64,000 bases of DNA, taken from contig CALWDW010000001.1 of the NCBI GenBank assembly GCA_944376795.1, positions 126,106 to 190,105 on the forward strand, read 5' to 3'. Origin of the DNA: an uncultured Christensenellaceae bacterium (GTDB lineage: Bacteria; Bacillota; Clostridia; Christensenellales; UMGS416). This document shows positions 53,051 through 61,254 of this stretch, in pieces. Position 1 is the first letter of the stretch, and each line of letters opens with the position of its first letter. A model generated the notes under the pieces. It saw nothing but the letters and a program-made list of their open reading frames with translations. It had not been told where the DNA came from and made no database searches. Position numbers and translations under genes: made by a program.

Positions 53051-53802
53051 TCTGAAACCTCCCGAGGAAGCAAATCCAGCACAATAGAAGAGAAAAATGG
53101 GGCAACTGCGCCGCGCACGGCGGCCGGATCCTCCACCAAGTGGCCCCACTGGGCCAAAGGAAGCTGCAACCGCGCCATATCCGCCATAACGCGCACACGG
53201 AAATCAGAAAATCCCAGCTGTTTCAGCGCCTCCTCCGCCCCTTCGACCCGCTCCAGCACCGGCCCCTGGATGGGCACACCCGTAGGGATCCGGGTTGCAA
53301 GGCAGGCATAGGATGGTTTATCCCAGGTAAAGATCCCCCGCTCCCTGGACAGCTCCCGGACCCGCTCCTTGGTCAAGCCATAAGCCCGCAGTGGGGAAAG
53401 CACCTGCAGCTCTACCAGCGCCTCCATGCCGGGGCGGTCGCTCACGTCGTCGGAGGCATTGGTGCCATCCACCACCACCCGATAGCCGTCCATGCGGGCG
53501 GCCTGCACGATGGCAGCCATGATGCGCTTCTTGCAATAGTAGCAGCGGCGGGGACCGTTCTCCCGTATATGAGGATCCTCCAGCACCTCATCGTGGAGGA
53601 TCTTAAGCTTCACGCCAAACTCCTCCGCAAGCCTTTGGGCATCCTCCAGTTCAAACCGGGGCTGAAAAGGGGTCTTCATAAAGTATCCCGTCACCCGGCA
53701 TCCGGCATCCTGGGCAGCCACCAAGAGATACGAAGAATCCACCCCGCCGGAAAAGGCCACAGCCATGGAGGGATGCTGGGCAAAAAAGTCAGCCAATTCC
53801 AT
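53047..53802 (-). CDS. larE: ATP-dependent sulfur transferase LarE
   Basis: VAFSGGVDS, RCYYCK, DGTNASD...RPG, SPL, WDKPSYACLATRIP. Confidence 0.93.
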   Translation of the reverse strand: MELADFFAQHPSMAVAFSGGVDSSYLLVAAQDAGCRVTGYFMKTPFQPRFELEDAQRLAEEFGVKLKILHDEVLEDPHIRENGPRRCYYCKKRIMAAIVQAARMDGYRVVVDGTNASDDVSDRPGMEALVELQVLSPLRAYGLTKERVRELSRERGIFTWDKPSYACLATRIPTGVPIQGPVLERVEGAEEALKQLGFSDFRVRVMADMARLQLPLAQWGHLVEDPAAVRGAVAPFFSSIVLDLLPREVSE

Positions 53803-53823
53803 GCAATACTCCTCTTTTGTAAC

Positions 53824-53911
53824 AAAAAAGCCACGAGCAAACGTCCAAAAACAGACGTTCTTTGTGGCGCTTCGTGCGGTATCGTAGGCCTTCGTAGCCT
53901 ACGACAGAAAC
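53824..53911 (-). promoter_or_regulatory. Structured attenuator-like leader of larEBC (possibly related to the LOOT motif)
   Basis: 5' hairpin TGTCGTAGGC/GCCTACGATA, then CACGAAGCGCCAC, then a terminator GCCAC...GTGGC-TTTTTT before the larE RBS. Confidence 0.6.
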
Positions 53912-53917
53912 AGTTTC

Positions 53918-53946
53918 AGTATAAAAGAATCCCCCGCCGCTGTCAA
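53918..53946 (-). promoter_or_regulatory. sigmaA-type promoter of larEBC
   Basis: TTGACA-N17-TATACT. Confidence 0.8.
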
Positions 53947-54058
53947 GGCCCTGTCGCTTCCCTGCGCCCAGCGCCAGGACTTTCAGCCTCCCCCTTGCGC
54001 GCTTTCCCAGCAGCAGCTACAATAAAGAAAAACCATTTCATCCAGAGAGGCACGCGTC

Positions 54059-55087
54059 ATGAAAAAAAGCTACGTATATATGCCCTACATCATGGAAAGC
54101 ACCGTTCCCCAGCTCCGTGTCTACGACCTGATGCGCATCACGCATCTGAACATCGCCTTTGCCCTGATCCGAGAGGGCGCCGTCACCGTCGATCATCTTC
54201 AGTATTTGTCCCGTCTGGAAGTCTACAAGAGAATCAATCCCCAGCTCAAACTGATCCTCTCCATTGGGGGATGGCAGGCGGATGGCTTCTCCCAGGCGGC
54301 CGAAACCGAAGCGGGACGGGCGCTGTTTGCCCGCACCGCGCTCCAGATTGTCGTCCAATGGGGCTTCGACGGCATCGACATTGACTGGGAATACCCCTGC
54401 AGCAGCCAAGCGGGCATTGCTTCCTCTCCTGATGACAAAGAAAATTTCACCGCGCTGATGCGCGTCCTTCGGGATGCCCTGGACGCGCAAGGCCGCGCGG
54501 ACGGCAAGCGTTACCTTCTCACCTGCGCGGTGGGCGCCGGGCAGTATTTTGTGGACGGCTCCCAAATGGACCAAGTATCCCGGCTCACAGACTATGTCAA
54601 TCTGATGACCTACGACATGCGGGGAGGCTTTACCCATACCGCCGGACACCACACCAACCTGTACCCCCAGGCCGGGGATCCTGAGGGGCCTTCCGCCACG
54701 GCCACGGTGGAGCTTTTCCACCGCGCCGGGGTCCCCTACGAAAAGATGGTGTTGGGATCGGCCTTTTACGGCAGAATGTGGACCGGTGTCGCACCGGAAA
54801 ACCACGGTTTGGGGCAGCCGGCCGCTTCCTCCGGCGGTTACCTGGGCCATTGGGACCTCCAGGATTCGGAAACCATGGCGCTGCGAGGCTTCACCCGGTA
54901 CTGGGATCCATCGGCGCAGGCCGCATGGTACTGGAACGGCCAGGACTTTATCAGCTTCGAAGACCCCGCGTCCCTGCAGGCCAAGTGCGCCTACATCCAG
55001 GAAAAGGGGCTGGCAGGACTGATGTACTGGGTATATGGCAACCATACCCTCTTTGAAATCCCCGCCCGGGAATTGATGGGGTTCTAA
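54059..55087 (+). CDS. Glycoside hydrolase family 18 (chitinase-like), no signal peptide
   Basis: ITHLNIAFA, LSIGGW, FDGIDIDWEYP, NLMTYD, AFYGR, ISFEDP.SL..K, LAGLMYW. Confidence 0.92.
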   Translation: MKKSYVYMPYIMESTVPQLRVYDLMRITHLNIAFALIREGAVTVDHLQYLSRLEVYKRINPQLKLILSIGGWQADGFSQAAETEAGRALFARTALQIVVQWGFDGIDIDWEYPCSSQAGIASSPDDKENFTALMRVLRDALDAQGRADGKRYLLTCAVGAGQYFVDGSQMDQVSRLTDYVNLMTYDMRGGFTHTAGHHTNLYPQAGDPEGPSATATVELFHRAGVPYEKMVLGSAFYGRMWTGVAPENHGLGQPAASSGGYLGHWDLQDSETMALRGFTRYWDPSAQAAWYWNGQDFISFEDPASLQAKCAYIQEKGLAGLMYWVYGNHTLFEIPARELMGF

Positions 55088-55665
55088 GCTTCGTCATACA
55101 GTCCTTCCTGCCGCATGGAGGTATATTCCTCTTTCAATAGGGCATAGCGAAGCCGGTCCCACTTCCTTCCATAGAGATAGATAGCCTGCCTCTCCCGGCC
55201 CTCCAGCACAAAGCCACAGCGCTCCAGGGACTTCTGGGCCTCAATATTCATTTCCAGCGTGTTGGCGGTGATGCGCTCCATCCCGGCGTAGCCAAATCCT
55301 AGGTAAAGCATCATGCCCAACGCCTGACGTCCGTAGCCGTGGGAACGGTACTGCCGCTTCACAATGCCCATACCTACCGAGCATGACCGGTTCTTGGCAT
55401 CCATATCCTGCAGCGCCACATCCCCAATGACCGTCCCATCATGGAGAAATATCCCCAGGCGGAGATTTCCGTTCCCCTGCCGGCGCTGGATATCCTCAAA
55501 CCAAGCGTCGGCGTTTTCCACCGAAAGCCCGATGCCCACCTCCTCGGTGGGATGCTCCCAATCATACTCCTGCTCCTGCCACAGCTGGCGGCAGTGCGCA
55601 CGCTCCAGCGTTGCGAGATAAACGTCTTTTCCCTGCAGAATCATACTTTTCTCCTTTTCCGGCAT
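55084..55665 (-). CDS. GNAT acetyltransferase (RimJ/RimL-like)
   Basis: IGDVAL, YRSHGYG, N..AQKSLERCGF.LEG.ER. Alternative start at 55644. Confidence 0.85.
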   Translation of the reverse strand: MPEKEKSMILQGKDVYLATLERAHCRQLWQEQEYDWEHPTEEVGIGLSVENADAWFEDIQRRQGNGNLRLGIFLHDGTVIGDVALQDMDAKNRSCSVGMGIVKRQYRSHGYGRQALGMMLYLGFGYAGMERITANTLEMNIEAQKSLERCGFVLEGRERQAIYLYGRKWDRLRYALLKEEYTSMRQEGLYDEA

Positions 55666-55771
55666 AGGCCGGTGCCCTTTCTATATCAATCTCCACAGGC
55701 CGTACGCGTCTTGCCAACGGGTATTCCATTCTTGCCCCGGCTTGGACGTCCGTCTGTCTTTGTCCTTTCTA

Positions 55772-55800
55772 TTGACCGAAGAATCATTTGATAGTATAAT
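55772..55800 (+). promoter_or_regulatory. sigmaA-type promoter of the nitroreductase gene
   Basis: TTGACC-N17-TATAAT. Confidence 0.7.
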
Positions 55801-55835
55801 GAACGCAAAATCAAAGCTTATAAGGAGGCCGTCCC

Positions 55836-56360
55836 ATGAAAAAGGAAGCACTAGAAGTCCTGAGAAACCGCCGCAGCATCCGGAAGTATAAGAGCACGCC
55901 CGTCCCTGAAGAACTTCTGGACATCATCATGGAAGCCGGCGCCTACGCGCCTACGGCCGGCGGCGGCCAAGCCGCCACCATGGTGGCCGTCACGGATCCC
56001 GAAAAGGTTCGCCTGCTCTCCCAGATGAACGCCCGCGTCATGGGCAGCAGCGGGGATCCCTATTACGGTGCGCCGGCCGTGATCCTTGTGCTGGGAGAGG
56101 CAGACAAGGGCGCCGCCCAGGTTGACGGCCATTGCGTCATGGTAAACCTGCTGAACGCTGCCTATGCCGTAGGGCTCGGTTCCTGCTGGATTGACCGGGA
56201 GCGGCAGATGTTTGAAACCGATGAAGGCAAAGCCTTGCTGAAATCCTGGGGAATTGAAGGCGACTTTGTGGGAGTGGCCGCCTGCATTCTGGGCTATCCA
56301 GATGGAGACGCCCCGGAGGCGAAGCCGCGTAAAGAGCACATGATTTACAAGGTCAAGTAG
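55836..56360 (+). CDS. Nitroreductase family protein
   Basis: RRSIRKY, YAPT, YYGAP, AAYAVGLGSCWI, LGY. Confidence 0.92.
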   Translation: MKKEALEVLRNRRSIRKYKSTPVPEELLDIIMEAGAYAPTAGGGQAATMVAVTDPEKVRLLSQMNARVMGSSGDPYYGAPAVILVLGEADKGAAQVDGHCVMVNLLNAAYAVGLGSCWIDRERQMFETDEGKALLKSWGIEGDFVGVAACILGYPDGDAPEAKPRKEHMIYKVK

Positions 56361-56484
56361 CAGCATTTCTCCCATGGCCCGGCACTATGCCGCGGCCTTT
56401 TTCTTTTTGGGCTGGCGCAAACGCATAAACCCCTGGAGATCGGGCACACTTTTTCCGGATCATATGACGGAAGAAGGACGCGGC

Positions 56485-56898
56485 TTGAAGCGCAATCGAT
56501 TGATCATAGGTATACTGCTGGCCATGGGCGTCTGCTGCCTCCTGGGGTGCCTGAGCGCCCCTGCCGGGCCGGATTCCTGGAGTCTGCCCCAAGGCCGGCA
56601 GTTCCACTGCCAGCGGGCCATCGAAGGTTCCCTCAGCACCGCCCAGAGAACCCTGCTCTTGGAGAAGATATTCTCCTACTACCAATCCGAGGGACGGCTG
56701 GAATTTGACGACGGGACGGTATGCATCGCCTCCGGAAGCAGCCGCCTCCTCAACCCCGCTCCAGACCTTCCCACCAATCTGCAGGTCGCCATCCGGTGTG
56801 ACCGGCAGGCGGACATGACATACATTTATCTGGGAAGCCCCACCTTGGCACCGGACAGCTATTGCACGGGAGGAAAGCATGGAGCGGATCATTACTAG
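56485..56898 (+). CDS. Short YwmB-like exported protein
   Basis: Signal-like N-terminus; C-terminal NLQVAIRC...TYIYLGSP resembles YwmB; overlaps the murA start, as in the ywmB-murA arrangement; TTG start inferred. Confidence 0.55.
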   Translation: MKRNRLIIGILLAMGVCCLLGCLSAPAGPDSWSLPQGRQFHCQRAIEGSLSTAQRTLLLEKIFSYYQSEGRLEFDDGTVCIASGSSRLLNPAPDLPTNLQVAIRCDRQADMTYIYLGSPTLAPDSYCTGGKHGADHY

Positions 56899-58141
56899 GC
56901 GCAGCGGGCCCCTGCATGGGGAAATTACAGCAGACCCTTCGAAAAACAGCATTCTGCCCCTCATGGCCTGTTCCCTCCTGACCCAGGAGCCCCTGCGCCT
57001 GCGGCGGGTTCCCCGGCTCACCGATGTGGACCTCATGCTGGACATCCTCCATCATCTGGGGGTCACCTCGCGCTGGGACGACGATACGCTGGAACTCTCC
57101 GCGGAAACGCTGAAGGATTTCACCCTTCCCTCCCGGCTCACCCGGGGCCTGCGGGCCTCCATTCTCGTTGCCGGCCCCTTGCTGAGCCGCACCCCGGAGT
57201 TTTGCTGTGCCTATCCCGGCGGCTGCGCCATCGGGCAGCGGCCGGTAGACATGCATCTGTCCGGCTTTGCCCAACTCCAGGCCGGGATCCTCCAGGAGGA
57301 TGACGCTCTGGTCATCACCTCCCGCCACCTGCGGGCAGCCACGATTCACCTGGAATACCCCAGCGTAGGCGGTACGGAAAACCTCATGATGGCAGCCACC
57401 CTCATCCCCGGCACCACCACACTGCATAACGCGGCCCGAGAACCCGAAATTGTGGACGTTGCCCGGCTTCTCCAACAAATGGGCGCACAAATTCACGGCG
57501 CGGGAACCTCCCGCATTTCCATTACCGGCGTCCACCGCCTCCGGGGCGCAGATTTTACACCCATCTCCGATCGGATCGAGGCCGGCACCTACATGTACGC
57601 AGCGGCCCTTCTGGGCGGAGACATCCGCCTGGGGCAGATCGATCCGAGTTCGGTGGCTCCGGTCACGGCGCATCTGCGGCAGGCCGGAGCCCACATTGAA
57701 ACCGGACCGGATTGGCTGACCATCCGCGCCAGTGGACGTCCTGCGCCCACCCAGCTTACCACTGCGCCCTGGCCGGGATTCCCCACCGACCTGCAGCCTC
57801 CCGCCACGGTATTGGCCGCCATTGGAAAAGGCACCAGTACCCTGACAGAAACCGTATTTGAAAACCGGTTTATGCACGTTCCCGCCCTGTGCGCCATGGG
57901 GGCGGACATCCGCATCCACCGCAACCGCATGACCATCGAAGGGATCCCCTCCCTCACCGGCGCCCACATTTATACCACCGATCTGCGAGCCGGAGCGGCC
58001 ATGGTGCTGGCAGGGCTGGCCGCCGAGGGGCAGTCCGTCATCGATGACAGCGGCCACATCCGCCGCGGCTATGCGTCCCTGGTGGAAAAGCTTCGCGCAC
58101 TGGGCGGAGACATCTCCTCCCAGCATGTCGAAGGCCGATAA
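56879..58141 (+). CDS. murA: UDP-N-acetylglucosamine 1-carboxyvinyltransferase
   Basis: SKNS.LP, LRAS, PGGCAIGQRPVDMH, PSVGGTEN, NAAREPE, DRIEAGT, PGFPTDLQ, FENRF, TDLRAGA. Confidence 0.95.
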   Translation: MERIITRRSGPLHGEITADPSKNSILPLMACSLLTQEPLRLRRVPRLTDVDLMLDILHHLGVTSRWDDDTLELSAETLKDFTLPSRLTRGLRASILVAGPLLSRTPEFCCAYPGGCAIGQRPVDMHLSGFAQLQAGILQEDDALVITSRHLRAATIHLEYPSVGGTENLMMAATLIPGTTTLHNAAREPEIVDVARLLQQMGAQIHGAGTSRISITGVHRLRGADFTPISDRIEAGTYMYAAALLGGDIRLGQIDPSSVAPVTAHLRQAGAHIETGPDWLTIRASGRPAPTQLTTAPWPGFPTDLQPPATVLAAIGKGTSTLTETVFENRFMHVPALCAMGADIRIHRNRMTIEGIPSLTGAHIYTTDLRAGAAMVLAGLAAEGQSVIDDSGHIRRGYASLVEKLRALGGDISSQHVEGR

Positions 58142-58164
58142 CACGCCTTCCCCATAAAGAGAGG

Positions 58165-58203
58165 GAGCCGCAGAACGAGACACACCCGTTCTGCGGCTCT
58201 TTG
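58165..58203. terminator. Terminator between convergent murA and recR
   Basis: GAGCCGCAGAACG-loop-CGTTCTGCGGCTC followed by TTT. Confidence 0.7.
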
Positions 58204-58208
58204 CGCTC

Positions 58209-58808
58209 TTACATTTCACGCCGCCCGGCAATGGCCCGGCCCAAGGTTACCTCGTCGGCATACTCCAAATCAGAACCCACCGGTACACCATGGGCAATGC
58301 GCGTCACCAAAATACCCGCCGGCTTGATCAGGCGGGAAATATACATGGCCGTGGCCTCCCCTTCCAAATCGGGATTGGTCGCCACGATCACTTCCCGTAT
58401 GGGCTCCCGCCCCAGCCGCGCCATCAGCTCCGCCAGGCGGATATCATCCGGTCCACGGTGGTCTCCCGGAGAAATCGTGCCGTGCAGCACATGGTACCGG
58501 CCATGGAATTCTCTTGTCCTCTCCATGGCCGCCACGTCACGGGGCTCGGCCACTACGCAGATTACCGTTGGATCCCGCTGCGGATCACTGCATAGGGCGC
58601 AGGGGTCGGTATCGGTAATTCCCTGGCAGATGGAGCAGGTATGGATACCCACCCGTGCCTTCCAAATGGCTTCGGCCAAGGCCCGAACCTCTGCCTCCGG
58701 CTGGTCCAGCAGGTAGTAGGCCAGCCGGGAAGCGCTCCGCGCCCCAATCCCCGGCAGCTTGCTCAGCTCATTGATCAGACGGCTGAGCGGCTCAATCACC
58801 GCAGCCAT
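58209..58808 (-). CDS. recR: Recombination mediator RecR
   Basis: LPGIG.RSA.RLA, C4 zinc finger, YHVLHG, ATNPDLEGEATA, TRIAHGVPVG.DLEYAD. Confidence 0.97.
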   Translation of the reverse strand: MAAVIEPLSRLINELSKLPGIGARSASRLAYYLLDQPEAEVRALAEAIWKARVGIHTCSICQGITDTDPCALCSDPQRDPTVICVVAEPRDVAAMERTREFHGRYHVLHGTISPGDHRGPDDIRLAELMARLGREPIREVIVATNPDLEGEATAMYISRLIKPAGILVTRIAHGVPVGSDLEYADEVTLGRAIAGRREM

Positions 58809-58811
58809 GGG

Positions 58812-59162
58812 CTAGAACATGCCGGGCATATTGAGCCCACCCAGCTTGCCCATCTTCTCCTCCGAGGCGGCCTCCAGCTGGGACATGGCCTCGTTGACCG
58901 CCGCAACAACCAGATCCTGCAGCATTTCCACATCGTCGGGATCGACCACTTCGGGCTTAATCTCTACAGACAGCAGGCGTTTTTCTCCCGAAAGCTTCAC
59001 CGTGACCATACCGCCGCCGGCGCTGGCCTCGATCTCCATGGCCTTAATCTCCTCTTGGGCCTTCTCCATATCCGCCTGGAGCTTCTGCGCCTGCTTCATC
59101 AGCTGCTGGATATTGCCTCCGCCCATGCCCATACCGCCGGGAAAACCTCCGCGTCGTGCCAT
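58812..59162 (-). CDS. YbaB/EbfC nucleoid-associated protein
   Basis: [32 protein letters not shown]; lies between dnaX and recR. Confidence 0.94.
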   Translation of the reverse strand: MARRGGFPGGMGMGGGNIQQLMKQAQKLQADMEKAQEEIKAMEIEASAGGGMVTVKLSGEKRLLSVEIKPEVVDPDDVEMLQDLVVAAVNEAMSQLEAASEEKMGKLGGLNMPGMF

Positions 59163-59174
59163 TTTACGTTCCTC

Positions 59175-60980
59175 CTAATCCATATCGTCCTGTTCAATTA
59201 TAACCAAATCAGCCGGAAGTTTCTGAATGCTCTCCTCTACAAAGGACTTCTCCTCTTGGCTGAAAACCTCTTCGGTAAACTCCACCGCAACCGGCTGGCC
59301 CATAAGCTCAGTCAGGCACGCAGCCACCGCTGCCTTCTTCCGGGTCAGGCTGCGCATTGCCATCTTTTCCTTGGGCAAGAAGCAGACGGTCAGCCTGCCG
59401 TCCTGCAGAGAGGAAGGCCTGCCCCGCCGCATCTGGGTCACCTGGAGATCCATGCCCTTTTCCTGCATGGAGGAAATAGCCGCCTCCCAAAGCTCTTGGG
59501 CCGAGGCATACGCCCCCACCGGAACGGTCGGCTTTTGCTTTTTCTCCTCTCCCAATACGGCGGACACCGCGCTTCGCAGCGCAGAGGGATCCAGCCTTTG
59601 GGGAGTGGGCGCCGGAGACGCCGGAGAAGGCTCATGCCGAGGGGCGGGCTCGGGCTCCGCCGGGGGCGGCAGGGGCGCCTCTTCCCAGGGAGGCGTATCC
59701 TCCGGCGGCTCCTCTGGCGGCGGCGCCTCCCAGGGAGGCGCACCCTCCTCCGGTATGTCATCCTCCGGCTCCGGCATCGCGCCTCGCGGCGCCTCTCGGC
59801 AGGATGGCGCCGCCGGTCCGCGCTCCTCTAGCTGGCGCATCCGCAGCTCCAGCTGCTGCACCCGCTCCAGCAATGCCTCTACACTCTGTGTCTCCTCCAA
59901 CTGACAGCATCGGGCAAGCGCGACTTCCAGAAGGATGACGGGCTGACCGGCGTATCGCAGATCGCTTTCCAGTGTGGACAGGATTCCCAGCATGCGGATC
60001 ACCCCGGCATCGGTGGCCTCCTGCGCCAACGCGGACAGCTGCTGGATGGACGCCGCATCCATATCCAGCCCCCCGGCGGGATCCTGGGTATGCATGACCA
60101 CAAAAAGCTCCCCCATGGTACGCAGCAGCTCCGCGGCCAAGGTGGGCACATCTACACCGGCGTCCACCATCTCCCGCAGCCGGGCAATGGCACCTGTGGT
60201 ATCCCCGCGGAGCATTGCCTGGATCAGCCCGTAAAAGTACCGTGCATCAGTGGTGCCCAAAGTTGCATACACATCTTCCACGGTAAGGGTACCGCCGCCC
60301 AGGGAAAGGCACTGATCCAGCATGGACAGCGCATCGCGCATTCCCCCCTGCGCCTGGCGGGCAATAACCATCAAGCCCTTTTCTTCGGCCTGAATCCCCC
60401 GCTCCTGGGCAAGCTTGCGCATTTGGTCCACCATCTGTCCAATCCCAAGCCGGTGAAACTCATATCGCTGGCATCGGGAGATCACGGTCTCCGGAAGCTT
60501 CCGCACCTCTGTCGTCGCCAAAATGAATACCACATGGGCCGGCGGCTCCTCCAACGTCTTCAGCAAAGCGTTGAATGCGCTGGAGGAAAGCATATGGACT
60601 TCATCGATGATATAGACCCGATACTTTCCGTGGGCGGGCAGATACCCTACGTTGTCCCGCAAATCCCGGATATTGTCCACACCATTGTTGGAGGCGGCGT
60701 CGATCTCAATAATATCCATATTGTTCTCGGCGGACAGCGCTTGGCATACCGGGCATACGCCGCACATCTCTCCGTCACGGGGCGCTTGGCAATTGATAGA
60801 GCGGGCAAAGATCCGCGCCACCGTAGTCTTTCCCACGCCGCGCGGGCCGGAAAACAGGTACGCATGCCCCACCCGCCCGGCAGCCACCTGGCTTCGCAGG
60901 GTGCGGACCACAGCATCCTGACCCACTACATCGTGAAAACATTGAGGCCTGGCCTCCCGATACAGAGCACGATACGCCAT
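59175..60980 (-). CDS. dnaX: DNA polymerase III subunit gamma/tau
   Basis: ALYR..RP, GPRGVGKTT, EIDAASNNGVD, IIDEVHMLS, NALLKTLEEPP, SRC, GGMRDALS. Confidence 0.97.
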   Translation of the reverse strand: MAYRALYREARPQCFHDVVGQDAVVRTLRSQVAAGRVGHAYLFSGPRGVGKTTVARIFARSINCQAPRDGEMCGVCPVCQALSAENNMDIIEIDAASNNGVDNIRDLRDNVGYLPAHGKYRVYIIDEVHMLSSSAFNALLKTLEEPPAHVVFILATTEVRKLPETVISRCQRYEFHRLGIGQMVDQMRKLAQERGIQAEEKGLMVIARQAQGGMRDALSMLDQCLSLGGGTLTVEDVYATLGTTDARYFYGLIQAMLRGDTTGAIARLREMVDAGVDVPTLAAELLRTMGELFVVMHTQDPAGGLDMDAASIQQLSALAQEATDAGVIRMLGILSTLESDLRYAGQPVILLEVALARCCQLEETQSVEALLERVQQLELRMRQLEERGPAAPSCREAPRGAMPEPEDDIPEEGAPPWEAPPPEEPPEDTPPWEEAPLPPPAEPEPAPRHEPSPASPAPTPQRLDPSALRSAVSAVLGEEKKQKPTVPVGAYASAQELWEAAISSMQEKGMDLQVTQMRRGRPSSLQDGRLTVCFLPKEKMAMRSLTRKKAAVAACLTELMGQPVAVEFTEEVFSQEEKSFVEESIQKLPADLVIIEQDDMD

Positions 60981-61015
60981 GGGCGTCCTCCTCGTTACGT
61001 CGGTACAACGCCATT

Positions 61016-61044
61016 ATTATACCCGAAACCCTTTCTCATAGCAA
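61016..61044 (-). promoter_or_regulatory. sigmaA-type promoter of dnaX
   Basis: TTGCTA-N17-TATAAT. Confidence 0.7.
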
Positions 61045-61254
61045 GCGGAGAGCCGCAGCGAAATCCATCGGCCTCGCCTGCCGGCAGGAAGCCGCATCAC
61101 AGTTTCAATCTGCAAACCCTTCTCCGCTTCCTCTGCCGCAGAAATTTTCCGGGGATGCAGGGTTCTCCCGTGCAGCCGCGAATTGATGTATCACCGCAAA
61201 TCCACAATGCAGTGCCGTCCCATATGCAGCACAGCACAAGAGGTGATTTCATCC

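Noticed and set aside
59175-60980. Programmed frameshift in dnaX, or a split larC
   Set aside because: No slippery A-run with a downstream hairpin was recognised in dnaX, and larC is one uninterrupted ORF.
61020-61250. SRP RNA (ffs/scr), which often lies upstream of dnaX
   Set aside because: No CAGG-N-GGAA-N-AGCAG domain IV motif was found, and the dnaX promoter sits directly upstream of the gene.
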